Source: a virus
Virus record (IMG/VR): IMGVR_UViG_3300045970_000455
Location: 1 to 64,000 of that record
Direction: 5' to 3' (one strand)
DNA length: 64,000 nucleotides
The notes under the pieces are model-generated. The model made no database searches, was not told where the DNA came from, and saw only the letters and a program-made list of their open reading frames with translations. Positions 36,842-47,050 of the stretch are shown piece by piece. Both the position numbers and the translations under genes were made by a program. Within the stretch, counting starts at the first letter, position 1, and each line of letters begins with the position of its first letter.

Positions 36842-37588
36842 TTGAGCAAAAATCGTAAAATGGCAAAAGTATCTCATCCGTCCCACACAACCTTTAAACC
36901 AGCAACAGAACATGTATCAAATGTTGTTAAACTAGGTAATAGAAATTATAAGAAAGCTGAACTACTTCCACGCAATACAGCGCAGGAAGCATATGTAGAA
37001 TCGTTGTTAGAAAAAAGAATGGTTTTTGCTGTTGGGCCTGCAGGAACAGGAAAAACTATGTTGGCGGTTATACGGGCAATACAGGCGTTAAGATCACACG
37101 AAATAAGCAGGATTATTCTTACACGCCCTGCTGTTAGTGTAGACGAAAAACACGGATTCCTGCCAGGCACACTAAACGAAAAAATGGAACCGTGGACAAG
37201 ACCTATCTTTGATGTGTTTGAAGAGTATTATGGATTAATAGAAACTAAGGCAATGTTGGAAGATGGTACAATAGAGATTGCTCCTTTAGGTTTTATGAGA
37301 GGTAGGACATTTAAGGATGCTTATATTATTGCAGACGAAATGCAAAATGCAACACCAGATCAAATGAAGATGTTGCTAACAAGAATAGGTACAGGAAGCA
37401 GCATGATACTAACGGGCGATCTTCACCAGCACGATCGCGGCTTTGATAAAAACGGGTTAAAGGATTTTATTGATAGACTTGCGTTAAATAAGAAAAGCTC
37501 TATGTGCATATGTAAGTTTGGTAGAGAACACATTGAGAGAGATCCGCTGGTAGCAGATGTATTAGAAATATATGGAGAGTTAGACTAA
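36842..37588 (+). CDS. phoH: PhoH-like ATPase
   Basis: GPAGTGKT, GFLPG, MRGRTF, DEMQN, TRIG, GDLHQHD; TTG start with GGAG SD. Confidence 0.93.
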   Translation: MSKNRKMAKVSHPSHTTFKPATEHVSNVVKLGNRNYKKAELLPRNTAQEAYVESLLEKRMVFAVGPAGTGKTMLAVIRAIQALRSHEISRIILTRPAVSVDEKHGFLPGTLNEKMEPWTRPIFDVFEEYYGLIETKAMLEDGTIEIAPLGFMRGRTFKDAYIIADEMQNATPDQMKMLLTRIGTGSSMILTGDLHQHDRGFDKNGLKDFIDRLALNKKSSMCICKFGREHIERDPLVADVLEIYGELD

Positions 37589-37654
37589 CTGCCTTCACCC
37601 TTAAGTATAAAATAAAATGATAAATATATAATATTTGTCATTAAGGGGATTTAA

Positions 37655-37960
37655 ATGAAATTAAGCGATATACTTAGGGGTGTAGCAGACAGAATGGACA
37701 GCGAGCCCTCTGCCGATGTATGCTCGGCTGTATCTCCTACCAATACTGCCGAACCTGAAGGAACACCTACTGATAAGTTTCTTCCTCCACTGCAACTAAA
37801 ACTAGAACTATTAAAAAAGGCATCTGGTGTAAAAAGTGTGTATGATGAAGAAAATGATGATCAAGAAGAATACAATAAAATGGTTCAAGAACTCAGAAAA
37901 AATGCTGGACTAAGTCCTATAATGAGTGAACTTCAAGATGACGATTTGTTAGATATATAA
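37655..37960 (+). CDS. Hypothetical late protein
   Basis: GATAAATA upstream; PPLQLKLELLKK. Confidence 0.7.
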   Translation: MKLSDILRGVADRMDSEPSADVCSAVSPTNTAEPEGTPTDKFLPPLQLKLELLKKASGVKSVYDEENDDQEEYNKMVQELRKNAGLSPIMSELQDDDLLDI

Positions 37961-37963
37961 AAT

Positions 37964-40141
37964 ATGAGTTTTATACAGAAGTTATTTTCCAGTAGAGTTA
38001 ATGGTGTAAGTTCCGCTGACTTCGTAGGACAAGAAGGCAGAGTTTGGTGGGATCCTATAACCAATAGTTTCTATAGTGGCAATGGTGTCGCGGGCGGAAC
38101 ACCTATAGGTGGTGGAAGCGGAGTAGGAACAAGCGGCTATAGTGGCTACAGTGGAACAAACGGCATAATAGGCGTTAATGGTTTAAGTGGTTATAGTGGC
38201 GTTAATGGTGCTGCAGGTACAAGTGGCTATAGTGGTACAAATGGCACAATAGGAACAAGCGGCTATAGTGGTACAAATGGTGCTGCTGGAACAGCAGGAA
38301 CAAGCGGCTATAGTGGTACAAATGGCATAATAGGTATAGATGGTTTAAGTGGTTATAGTGGTGTGAGTGGTGCCACAGGAACAAGCGGTTATAGCGGAAT
38401 AAGTGGAGTGAGCGGGGTCTCGGCAAGCCCCTCATCGGGTAGCTTTACAACTGCTGTTTCCTTTTCTACAGTAGGCCCTATCTATATGCCTCAACAAAGT
38501 GTTTCTTCTGTGTTAACCTTTACGTTAGGTGCAGGAACTGTTCAAGGCTCTAGCACGTATGTAAGATTAGTAGCAGATGGAGTAAATGCACCTGTATTTA
38601 CGGGATACACTCAATGGGGTGGGTCAATGGGGTATGATAATCGAAACGGAATCGTCAACCAGATAACATTTTGGTATGACGGGTACGATTATTGGTACTC
38701 AATAGGACAGGCATTAGGTGCGACACCTATTGTGTCTGTTATTCCTACTGTCAGTTCTATAACTGTTCAGAACTCAACTCCATCGTCCGTCGATATACTG
38801 TTCTCTGTTGCTATTGATACAGGTTTCATTCCTAGCTTATCAGCATTTACTGTGTCTGGAAAAACTTTATCTGGTGTGCCTGTTATAAGTGGAAATACAG
38901 TAACGCTAACTGTCATTTCGGCATTCACTAGTGGCCAATCAGCAACAGCAGCATATACTCAGCCAGGAACTAATAACTTGCGTAGCACCACAGCAGGACT
39001 TGTGGCTAACTTCTCCGGAGTATCAGTTACAAATAACGTAGCGTCAGTGGCGTCTGCCGTTACAATGACAGGTCCTACAACCGGTACAGTAAGCGTGGCA
39101 TCTACCAACTTTACATTAGGTGTATCTCCAAATGGTGGAGCCATTGCAGGTACTGTTATAGTTACACCAAACGACAGTGCAGCAGGAGGAACATTTACTC
39201 CTACCTCTGTAAATCTTACAACTGGATCTCCTACAGGAACATTTACATATACTCCTGCAAGCACAGGTGCTAAAACTATAGCAGTTACTAATAACGGTGG
39301 ATTGACAAATCCTGCTAATATTACATATACAGCAGGTGCCGCAACAACAGTTCCTGATGCACCAACAATAGGTACAGCGACAGCTGGTGTAACATCCGCA
39401 ACTGTAGCATTTACTGCACCAGTAAGTAATGGTGGAGCAACCATAACAGGATATACTGCTACTTCATCTCCGGGCGGCTTCACAGGTACGTTGGCTCAGG
39501 CAGGATCAGGAACTATAACAGTTAATGGATTGACTGCTGGTACACCATATACATTTACAGTGACAGCAACAAACTCGGTAGGAACAGGATCGGCATCCGC
39601 AGCGTCTAACTCTGTGACGCCAACTAGTGCATCCTTCCCAAGATTCATTACATTAAGTAATATGACTGAGTCTGGCACAGGCCCTTACACATATCAATCA
39701 ACCAACTCTGGTGGATTTGGCACATCGGGCGGTATATTAAATCAGTCGTTCCAGACTGGTGTTGATGGTACGGTAGATATTACCAATGTGGCTAGGGTTG
39801 AGTTTATATTTGGATTGCAGACAGGTACAGCGTCTGTTGGTGCATTTGGAACATATCCTGTTGCACTTCACACTGCTACGGTTGGTGCCCCATATGCAGC
39901 ATTTACAAGCGGGGTTGGCCAAACAGAGTTGACAACCACAACTAATCAAATAAATGATATTATGAGATTGCGTAGAGTAGGAACCACTGTGTTCGGTGAA
40001 GTTGCTCGTGCTGCTACACCTACCACGTGGATATCTATATACACATGGACAGGTGTGTCAACTTCTGCTATACATCCGGTAGTTAATGTATCCGGGTCAG
40101 TAGCTAATATTACTAACCCAACCACCTCCGGTCTTGCATAA
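37964..40141 (+). CDS. Fibre/adhesin: N-terminal attachment domain, GxSGYSG collagen-like repeats, Ig-like and FN3 domains
   Basis: VPDAPTIGTATAG...GTPYTFTVTATNSVG (FN3); Gly-X-Ser repeats. Confidence 0.8.
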   Translation: MSFIQKLFSSRVNGVSSADFVGQEGRVWWDPITNSFYSGNGVAGGTPIGGGSGVGTSGYSGYSGTNGIIGVNGLSGYSGVNGAAGTSGYSGTNGTIGTSGYSGTNGAAGTAGTSGYSGTNGIIGIDGLSGYSGVSGATGTSGYSGISGVSGVSASPSSGSFTTAVSFSTVGPIYMPQQSVSSVLTFTLGAGTVQGSSTYVRLVADGVNAPVFTGYTQWGGSMGYDNRNGIVNQITFWYDGYDYWYSIGQALGATPIVSVIPTVSSITVQNSTPSSVDILFSVAIDTGFIPSLSAFTVSGKTLSGVPVISGNTVTLTVISAFTSGQSATAAYTQPGTNNLRSTTAGLVANFSGVSVTNNVASVASAVTMTGPTTGTVSVASTNFTLGVSPNGGAIAGTVIVTPNDSAAGGTFTPTSVNLTTGSPTGTFTYTPASTGAKTIAVTNNGGLTNPANITYTAGAATTVPDAPTIGTATAGVTSATVAFTAPVSNGGATITGYTATSSPGGFTGTLAQAGSGTITVNGLTAGTPYTFTVTATNSVGTGSASAASNSVTPTSASFPRFITLSNMTESGTGPYTYQSTNSGGFGTSGGILNQSFQTGVDGTVDITNVARVEFIFGLQTGTASVGAFGTYPVALHTATVGAPYAAFTSGVGQTELTTTTNQINDIMRLRRVGTTVFGEVARAATPTTWISIYTWTGVSTSAIHPVVNVSGSVANITNPTTSGLA

Positions 40142-40803
40142 TGGGACCTATATTTAACACTCCCTACACAGCGCAGTTTAGGGATGATAATGTTCATATA
40201 ACGTTCGACGGTAATTCTATTGTAGACCCGTTGTATTCTACTTTATGCACCAGCCTAGAAGGTATGCAACCTATCAATAAGAGATTAACTATATCAAACT
40301 TTGGACTGAGTGGCCAGACGACACAGAATATGAGTAGTTCTGCTTCTGATGTTGATAACTCGTTTGTTGCAGGGAAGACAAACTACCTGCTTATATTTGA
40401 GATTACAAATAGTATTTTCAACTCAGGAAAAACAGGATTAGCTGCATGTGCAGATATGGTAACATACATTTCTGGTAGATTGGCTGTACACCCTACCTGG
40501 AAACCTATAGTGCTAACTTGCATACCACGTGGGTCAAACTTAGGTGCAACATGGACTGCGGTAACCGGCGAAGCTCAGCTACAGGCAGCAAATACATATA
40601 TTCGTACCAACTATTTGGCAATGGGATGTGTAGCATATGTAGAGACTCGTAGAACTGGTGGTCCGTTTGATTTTACTGACTCATCTAATCTTGCTAACTT
40701 TCCTTCCACACTGTGGACTGACGCAACTCACCCTAACAGTGCAGGTAAGGCAATACTCGCTCAATATATTTCCGATGTGCTGAGATATCAGCCTACACCT
40801 TAA
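40141..40803 (+). CDS. SGNH/GDSL esterase
   Basis: FDGNS, SGQT, TN, DATHPN. Confidence 0.8.
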   Translation: MGPIFNTPYTAQFRDDNVHITFDGNSIVDPLYSTLCTSLEGMQPINKRLTISNFGLSGQTTQNMSSSASDVDNSFVAGKTNYLLIFEITNSIFNSGKTGLAACADMVTYISGRLAVHPTWKPIVLTCIPRGSNLGATWTAVTGEAQLQAANTYIRTNYLAMGCVAYVETRRTGGPFDFTDSSNLANFPSTLWTDATHPNSAGKAILAQYISDVLRYQPTP

Positions 40804-41064
40804 TCATTTATCTTTAGATAATGCCTGTATCTGTGCTTCCATTACGATAATGGTATCGGTCATTAGTTTCAGCGTTGCTGCAACCTTTGTTCTATATGCT
40901 GTATCGTCGGCTTCATGCACATATCTTGCATCAGAGAACATAATACCCGCTACAGTTAATACAACGGTGCCGGCTAGGCCTGCTAATGTTTTCAACGGAT
41001 TATCTTTTACTACCTGAACTGCCTTTGCTATATTTTCTGCTATACTCATAGTTGTTTCGCCCAT
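40804..41064 (-). CDS. Single-TM protein
   Basis: Hydrophobic helix then coiled coil. Confidence 0.6.
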   Translation of the reverse strand: MGETTMSIAENIAKAVQVVKDNPLKTLAGLAGTVVLTVAGIMFSDARYVHEADDTAYRTKVAATLKLMTDTIIVMEAQIQALSKDK

Positions 41065-41294
41065 TTAATCTTGTTCCAAACTCTTTCGTGACACCAGTAC
41101 ACAAAGGGTTTAATAACCATCTCTGTAGCACCTATTGCTAAAGATATGGCAAACACTCCTGTTACAAGATATGATATTATAACAGTAGTTAATGTACCAC
41201 ATACTCTATAACTGTATGCCTTAACTAGACTTCTTATCGGAGATTCTCCGTTGTTAAGCCCCCAACTATTTATGAACTTTTGTATTAAACTCAT
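41046..41294 (-). CDS. DUF2061-like membrane protein
   Basis: RSLVKAYSYR...HERVW. Confidence 0.75.
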   Translation of the reverse strand: MSLIQKFINSWGLNNGESPIRSLVKAYSYRVCGTLTTVIISYLVTGVFAISLAIGATEMVIKPFVYWCHERVWNKIKWAKQL

Positions 41295-41893
41295 TCTTCT
41301 AGCCCGTATTCTGCAGATATAATACCGTATATTTCTTTCCACGGAGTAACGTGACTAACTGTAGGAAATGCAGAAGATGTATAATGAGAGTTATACGGAT
41401 GATTTATAAGAATTGCTTTCATCCCTAGTTCATGGCCTGCTTCGGCATTATGTATATGATCTTCTATCCAAAAGTATCCCGTATTTTGCCATTTCTCTAA
41501 TGCACTCTTCTTATAAGATCCTATTTCTAAACAAATAATATCATCAAATATATCCCCAAATATGCGCGAAGCATTTACTAATCTATGTTCCTTAGCTTTA
41601 GGATTACTACTTATGCTTGTCACTACAGTAAATCTGAAACCTTTGCTTGCTAGTTTTTCTAGGTATTCTACAGAATCTGCAAATGGCATAATATCTTCTA
41701 TATGCCGGCTGTCGTTAAATTCTTTAACATACGCCATTGCTTGACTCACTGGTACGCCATGTCTCGACGAAATATTATAGTGATGATCTGTATCTACAAG
41801 TTGCGGATAACCTTTACTCTCCATAAAGATATTAAACCCACTGTTCCAGTCGGCTATGGTCCCGTCGTAGTCAAGTATTATTTTCTTTTCCAT
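41291..41893 (-). CDS. HAD 5'(3')-deoxyribonucleotidase-like protein
   Basis: LDYDGTIADW, VVTS, WIED, HPYN. Confidence 0.8.
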   Translation of the reverse strand: MEKKIILDYDGTIADWNSGFNIFMESKGYPQLVDTDHHYNISSRHGVPVSQAMAYVKEFNDSRHIEDIMPFADSVEYLEKLASKGFRFTVVTSISSNPKAKEHRLVNASRIFGDIFDDIICLEIGSYKKSALEKWQNTGYFWIEDHIHNAEAGHELGMKAILINHPYNSHYTSSAFPTVSHVTPWKEIYGIISAEYGLEE

Positions 41894-41894
41894 T

Positions 41895-42239
41895 TTAATC
41901 AAATATCGTTGGTAATCGTACATTACCGAACTGGTCTGTAATAGTATCTGGTGCTTTTTCAATCTGAAAAGATTTGTATGCACTATCTAATTCAGCCATC
42001 TGTTTTTCATATTTGCGAGTAATAAAGGACTCAAACTCATTATAGTTGCCAAGTCCGGCACGCTCACCTATTATCATCTTTCTGTTAATATAGTCGCCTA
42101 TAGCACTAGACATACTATAATGCTTGGGCCGCAGGTTATTAACAAACTCTAGTTTTTCATTGGTCTCCCACACAGTGTTAGACCCCTTCTTTAAACTGTG
42201 TTTATGAGATAACACAACAAATAGTTTTTCTTTACCCAT
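41895..42239 (-). CDS. Hypothetical protein
   Basis: Follows the clamp loader gene. Confidence 0.65.
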   Translation of the reverse strand: MGKEKLFVVLSHKHSLKKGSNTVWETNEKLEFVNNLRPKHYSMSSAIGDYINRKMIIGERAGLGNYNEFESFITRKYEKQMAELDSAYKSFQIEKAPDTITDQFGNVRLPTIFD

Positions 42240-42240
42240 A

Positions 42241-43176
42241 TTATTCCTTCGCTATAAGTTCTAGTTCTACAAATGTTGCACTAAGGTTGATTTCTAAATC
42301 AGCACACATTGCATGTTTTACCAATCCATCTCTAATAGCAATGATTGCCGAATTTTCCTTATCTGCATTACCGTCTGCCCATATATCAAGATTTTGATAC
42401 ATAAACTTATACATCTCCTCATACTCATCTTGCAGCAACTGAGCACATATAAGTCTTCTTGCTTCTACATATTTCTTTGCTCTAAACAAAGCAATCATAT
42501 CTATCTTATAATCTGCAACTGTTTCTGCATCCTCGTTTGGAGAAAGTAGTTTATTGTTGAATGTATTTGCTTGAATCATACTTATACCTCTGCGAAGGTC
42601 TGGGTATGTTTTCTTTACAATAGTATCTAATGCATCTATATCGATTTCAACAGATTCTTTATCTAGTATATCTACAAGACGCAATAAGAACTCATCATTA
42701 TCAAGTTTTTCAATATGCATACGACCTGTTTCACACCTAGACTTGATAGCAGGCATAATCTTATGCGGATAGTTGCATGTTAAAAGGAATCTTACAGAGT
42801 TAGAGTACTTTTCCATTGTCCCTCTTAATACACCTTGTGCAGGTGGTGATAGACCATCGGCCTCATCAAGGAAGATGTATCTCATATCTCCGTAACCCAT
42901 TGTCTCAGAGAAGTTGGTTACTTTTTCTCTGATAAAATCTACACCATTATCCCTAGATGCATTAACTTCCATAACATCATACGGATCAATCTTCAATTCA
43001 TTTAATAGAATTTTTACAAGTGTTGATTTTCCTGTGCCAGGCGCGCCAGATAATAACATATGCGGGAGGGCACCTTGTGATATCCACTGTTCGATTTGTT
43101 TTTTCTGCTTACCATCTTTGAAAACATAACCAGCAAGACCACTCGGCCTATACTTTTCTGACCATAACTTTTTCAT
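42241..43176 (-). CDS. Clamp loader ATPase subunit (gp44/RFC-like)
   Basis: WSEKYRP, GAPGTGKS, NAS, LDEAD, SRC, PDLR. Confidence 0.93.
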   Translation of the reverse strand: MKKLWSEKYRPSGLAGYVFKDGKQKKQIEQWISQGALPHMLLSGAPGTGKSTLVKILLNELKIDPYDVMEVNASRDNGVDFIREKVTNFSETMGYGDMRYIFLDEADGLSPPAQGVLRGTMEKYSNSVRFLLTCNYPHKIMPAIKSRCETGRMHIEKLDNDEFLLRLVDILDKESVEIDIDALDTIVKKTYPDLRRGISMIQANTFNNKLLSPNEDAETVADYKIDMIALFRAKKYVEARRLICAQLLQDEYEEMYKFMYQNLDIWADGNADKENSAIIAIRDGLVKHAMCADLEINLSATFVELELIAKE

Positions 43177-43187
43177 AATGACTCTTA

Positions 43188-43535
43188 TTAAAATGCGTGT
43201 GTAGTTGTATATTCCGAAAATGTAACAGCAGACTCCGGATCTTCATCCGAAACAAGCATAACAGATTGTGGCCATTCTACACCCCACACCTGTGTATGAT
43301 CACCCGAATCTTCTTTTATTTTTAACATTCGTGTCCATCTACCATTTTCGATTAGTATCCACTGTCCTACAGTGATTTCATCTATGCCTTCACCTACAGC
43401 ATATACCTTGCCCCAGCGAGGACGAATGCCCTCGCTCTTACCGTTATCATCTGGAATAATAATTCCGTTGATAATGCGCGATCCTCTTTCTAAATCAGTT
43501 ACTAGAACTTTTCCCGGCATTGCTTTGATTTTCAT
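43188..43535 (-). CDS. GroES-like co-chaperonin
   Basis: GIIIPD, GKVYAVGEG, VGQ. Confidence 0.8.
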   Translation of the reverse strand: MKIKAMPGKVLVTDLERGSRIINGIIIPDDNGKSEGIRPRWGKVYAVGEGIDEITVGQWILIENGRWTRMLKIKEDSGDHTQVWGVEWPQSVMLVSDEDPESAVTFSEYTTTHAF

Positions 43536-43684
43536 CTATGTCCCTTTCTTTTACATTGGCGATTAATAATGCATCTTCGATTTCTTTTATTGCATCTATA
43601 TTATGCACTATTTTTAGTTTTTCTACAACATTTCGGTCTATATTGTAGGTTATATTATTAATCTTACCCGAAATGGTATCCATA

Positions 43685-43987
43685 TTAAACAACAATGTCG
43701 CCGTTGGGTAGTTCTTTTTCTTTTACCTTCTTAACAACGGTAGGTTTAACTGTTTCTACTACATCGGGGATAGGACCTTTTAGTCCTGTTGCCACTACGT
43801 CACTCTTTACAGTAGAATTGTGTTCTGTAACAACTTGGTTGATTGTTTTTGTTATTACCCCGCCGCGGGTAAGTTGATCACCTTTAGCATTAACTCTGTG
43901 ATTACCTACAGCAGGTGTTTTCTCATTTTCTCGGCGCATTGAATCCATGTCAATAGTTAATCCGCGATACGTTGTATGTGATGCCAT
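43685..43987 (-). CDS. Hypothetical protein
   Basis: AVGN.RVNAKGD motif; AAGGA SD. Confidence 0.7.
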   Translation of the reverse strand: MASHTTYRGLTIDMDSMRRENEKTPAVGNHRVNAKGDQLTRGGVITKTINQVVTEHNSTVKSDVVATGLKGPIPDVVETVKPTVVKKVKEKELPNGDIVV

Positions 43988-43998
43988 TTTATTTCCTC

Positions 43999-44514
43999 TT
44001 ATTTTAAAAAATCTCTTATATCAAGTTTATAACGAATACCGTCGACTCTGTGAGTTCCTATTAGATATAATATATAAGAACTTGTCGAACTTCCTCTTCC
44101 TACGCCCCAAACAAACTTATTCTTCCTCATATAATCTATAAGGAAAATAAACAAACGTAAAAGCATAATCAAATCACGTTCTTCAAATAATTCGTATTCT
44201 TCCTTAACCCTGTTGATTTGTTCTTGTGTAGTGCATTTATCTATTAGCCACTTAAACACGTCTATATTCTGAAACTCAATAGGTAATAACCATTCACTGG
44301 CCCGAATTGTATGAAACTCGTCAAACGATAATGTTTCTTCGGGTGTATCTAAGAATACAGTGTCGTGCTTTAATAATTCACTTTTATATTCATTGTATAA
44401 TATAATGTCATTATCTGTAATAACATTTAAGTGACTTATATTCTTACCTTGTAATATTAACTCTCTAAGATTATCACTTGACAGTATAGCCTGCCCGTAT
44501 GAATCTATTTTCAT
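43999..44514 (-). CDS. Stand-alone fragment of DNA polymerase III alpha (DnaE-like)
   Basis: RVKEEY, WGVGRGSSTSSYILYLIG.H.VD.IRYKL. Confidence 0.8.
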   Translation of the reverse strand: MKIDSYGQAILSSDNLRELILQGKNISHLNVITDNDIILYNEYKSELLKHDTVFLDTPEETLSFDEFHTIRASEWLLPIEFQNIDVFKWLIDKCTTQEQINRVKEEYELFEERDLIMLLRLFIFLIDYMRKNKFVWGVGRGSSTSSYILYLIGTHRVDGIRYKLDIRDFLK

Positions 44515-44515
44515 T

Positions 44516-45229
44516 TTAAACTTTTTTCGGTTTCCATCTTTCGACCTGCACAATTCTAGCAGGCTCCCTAGGGACAGTTGTGAATTTTTCAGATGCTTCT
44601 TTTACTGCTTTGTCGAATTCATCCATCGGATCCATAACATCTTTGAACAGCTCTTCATCGGTTAATGTGGTATCCTCGGGTCTAACAAATTCAAAACAGA
44701 AACCATCGTTCCTTAACCACCAGGGTATCTCATCTCGTGATTTACCTTCAGTGTAATAGTCTGCTGTTTTATTTGGTAGGTTATATCCTGTTTCTGCAGG
44801 ATCGAATGTATATTGAACGGACATGTCACTACCCTTTAATCTCATTTCTCCAATCAACATATTTGTTTCTGCCAATATAGATAGTTTAGAATGCAATAGT
44901 TGAATGATTACATCATCATATGGTTCGACAGGAGCATACATCATTATGTTTGACGATAGATTAGCAATATACAAATCATCCTCATTGCTTACATCTACCA
45001 TTATAATATTAGGTAAGTTTGTGTCAAGCCAAAAATACAACTTCTGATAAGTCATTGTCGCTTCATACTCACTTATGTCAGTTGATTTAGCTTTTTTGTC
45101 TATGGCAACAAGGTCAATAGACAAGTGCCAATCAACAGGAACCAATGCACTGTCTAATATTCTTACTCCAGTAAAATCATACTCGAGTGTCATATGATTT
45201 CTAATACGGAGTTTTCCAGATGTCATCAT
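44516..45229 (-). CDS. Hypothetical protein
   Basis: 237-aa ORF. Confidence 0.7.
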   Translation of the reverse strand: MMTSGKLRIRNHMTLEYDFTGVRILDSALVPVDWHLSIDLVAIDKKAKSTDISEYEATMTYQKLYFWLDTNLPNIIMVDVSNEDDLYIANLSSNIMMYAPVEPYDDVIIQLLHSKLSILAETNMLIGEMRLKGSDMSVQYTFDPAETGYNLPNKTADYYTEGKSRDEIPWWLRNDGFCFEFVRPEDTTLTDEELFKDVMDPMDEFDKAVKEASEKFTTVPREPARIVQVERWKPKKV

Positions 45230-45492
45230 AAAGTTTTACCTGTATTACCTTCCAGCTTACCTAACTCAAGTGGTTGATTTGCTTTAGGGTTTTTCTTTTC
45301 TAGTTCTGCAGTTCTTATTTTTTCTAATCGCTGCACTCTCTCATCTTCGAGTGACTGAATGACTTCTTTTATACTCTGCACTGTGGGATTATGCCCCATC
45401 ATTGTTTGGTGGTTCATATATGTATATGCTCGACCTAATCTCTCTAATATAACTTCGTCTGATAACTTGCTAACGTCTAAGAATGGATGCAT
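45226..45492 (-). CDS. Hypothetical protein
   Basis: GAGG SD; ATAAATA upstream. Confidence 0.65.
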   Translation of the reverse strand: MHPFLDVSKLSDEVILERLGRAYTYMNHQTMMGHNPTVQSIKEVIQSLEDERVQRLEKIRTAELEKKNPKANQPLELGKLEGNTGKTL

Positions 45493-45544
45493 ATAACCTC
45501 TTGTGATACTCTTATATTTATGCGTAAATATATTGTTAGTATAA

Positions 45545-45961
45545 CTATTCCGATACCTCTGTATATTCCTGTATTGTGAATTTTACATTGGTAGGCCACA
45601 TATATACATGCCGTGCTGTTTCTCCTACCGTTAACCTAAACTGTAATGCATCCATTTCTTCCTTAAACACCCAATATGATCTATAAATCATTTGTTCTGT
45701 GCTGAAATTAAGCGTATATTGCTGGGCGAATGGCGGGATAATCAGCGCAGGCCGAGACTCTTCCGGTATAGTTATATTTTCTATCTCCGGTGAACTATAT
45801 CCCCATGTATTGGTTGTACATGTTTTAGCAATCTTTAATATTTTTCTAAATTCTATGATGTCTATATTGAATGACCCCGCAGGGGTGTTGTGATCCAACC
45901 TAACTACATACGGATTAGTTATAAACAACGGTACATTAATGTGAAATTTCTTTACAATCAT
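45545..45961 (-). CDS. Hypothetical protein (FxxxxDAxxFxL family)
   Basis: YWVFKEEMDALQFRL. Confidence 0.65.
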   Translation of the reverse strand: MIVKKFHINVPLFITNPYVVRLDHNTPAGSFNIDIIEFRKILKIAKTCTTNTWGYSSPEIENITIPEESRPALIIPPFAQQYTLNFSTEQMIYRSYWVFKEEMDALQFRLTVGETARHVYMWPTNVKFTIQEYTEVSE

Positions 45962-46200
45962 ACATATTCATGATTTAATCTATAAAAGTTCGTCACATCA
46001 GATTTTTCAGAGAAACGAATAACAACATACTGACCCATATCGAGTTCAGCGTACAATCCTTTTATAGACTTGAAACTTTTCTGAATCTCATCTATTCTGC
46101 GATAAAATACAGCAGGGTGTAACTTAACGGAATTCCACCCAGCAGTATAGCTATCAACTGAAATCGGATCGCCTACGATACACTTTCCTTCTTGCTTCAT
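45958..46200 (-). CDS. Hypothetical protein
   Basis: Coupled ORF. Confidence 0.6.
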   Translation of the reverse strand: MKQEGKCIVGDPISVDSYTAGWNSVKLHPAVFYRRIDEIQKSFKSIKGLYAELDMGQYVVIRFSEKSDVTNFYRLNHEYV

Positions 46201-46449
46201 TTACTTCTCCAATGGTATAACTGAGTCTGCCGGTACGAGTTTCTTTAAATATTCCATCGATACACCCCTGCGCGTCCCTTCCACAGACACCCTATACTCA
46301 TTTCTGAAATGATTCCAAAAGTTTGGCGGATACTTTTTTAATGGTCGTAGAATACCCGATACCTTAAGAGTATAGAGTTTCTTTTCCTTTAAGTGCCAGA
46401 AATATCCTGAATATTTAGTTGCGACAAAATCACTTGGTAGAGTTACCAC
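46201..46449 (-). CDS. Hypothetical protein
   Basis: TKYSGYFW...LRPLK. Confidence 0.6.
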   Translation of the reverse strand: MVTLPSDFVATKYSGYFWHLKEKKLYTLKVSGILRPLKKYPPNFWNHFRNEYRVSVEGTRRGVSMEYLKKLVPADSVIPLEK

Positions 46450-46729
46450 ATCTATTCTCCATAACAGTTGACCATTTATCTATAATAGACTGACCTAGTT
46501 CTTTCACGTCAGTCGGAATAGGATACTCCGTTAACGCGCTTATATGCTGTAACATCGATAATGTATATTCTTTTCCCGATGTTGTCTTTATGGTAAATCG
46601 AAGATCACCTTTTAATCTATCAATGACAGCATCCTCGTCGGCGCGAGCGCTAAGATCGATGCTCTCTATAAATGGCAACCCTATAAGTGTGCCATTAGAT
46701 ATAACAAATGCCGGTGTGTAAGCTGCCAT
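46430..46729 (-). CDS. Hypothetical protein
   Basis: Coupled ORF. Confidence 0.6.
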   Translation of the reverse strand: MAAYTPAFVISNGTLIGLPFIESIDLSARADEDAVIDRLKGDLRFTIKTTSGKEYTLSMLQHISALTEYPIPTDVKELGQSIIDKWSTVMENRCGNSTK

Positions 46730-46995
46730 TAAATCAGTGTAAGATACAGAGTGGATGTAGGATCAAACTCTTCCTTAAAAATATAGATCTTAGGATTCAC
46801 AGTTTTACCTGTGTTCAGGGTCTTCAGTATTCTGCCTTGCATTGTCCAGCATTCACTGCCCTTACCTACATTTTCATTTAACCAGTTAACAATCTTATAA
46901 AAGTGTTCACGATCCCGAATGGTTACTGAAAAGGAATGAAGTGCATTCTGTTCCTTAAAATTCTTCGGTTCTTCCTTTTTGATTTGTTTAGCCAT
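46729..46995 (-). CDS. Hypothetical protein
   Basis: First ORF after the promoter at 47022. Confidence 0.65.
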   Translation of the reverse strand: MAKQIKKEEPKNFKEQNALHSFSVTIRDREHFYKIVNWLNENVGKGSECWTMQGRILKTLNTGKTVNPKIYIFKEEFDPTSTLYLTLI

Positions 46996-47021
46996 GTTTC
47001 GCTTTCTGTTATTAAGTGTTT

Positions 47022-47050
47022 ATTTTACTATATTTTTGTAATATTGTCAA
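47022..47050 (-). promoter_or_regulatory. Sigma70-type promoter
   Basis: TTGACA-N17-TAAAAT. Confidence 0.7.

Noticed and set aside
38120-38410. CRISPR array or non-coding repeat
   Set aside because: The repeats are in-frame degenerate Gly-X-Ser codons with no spacers.
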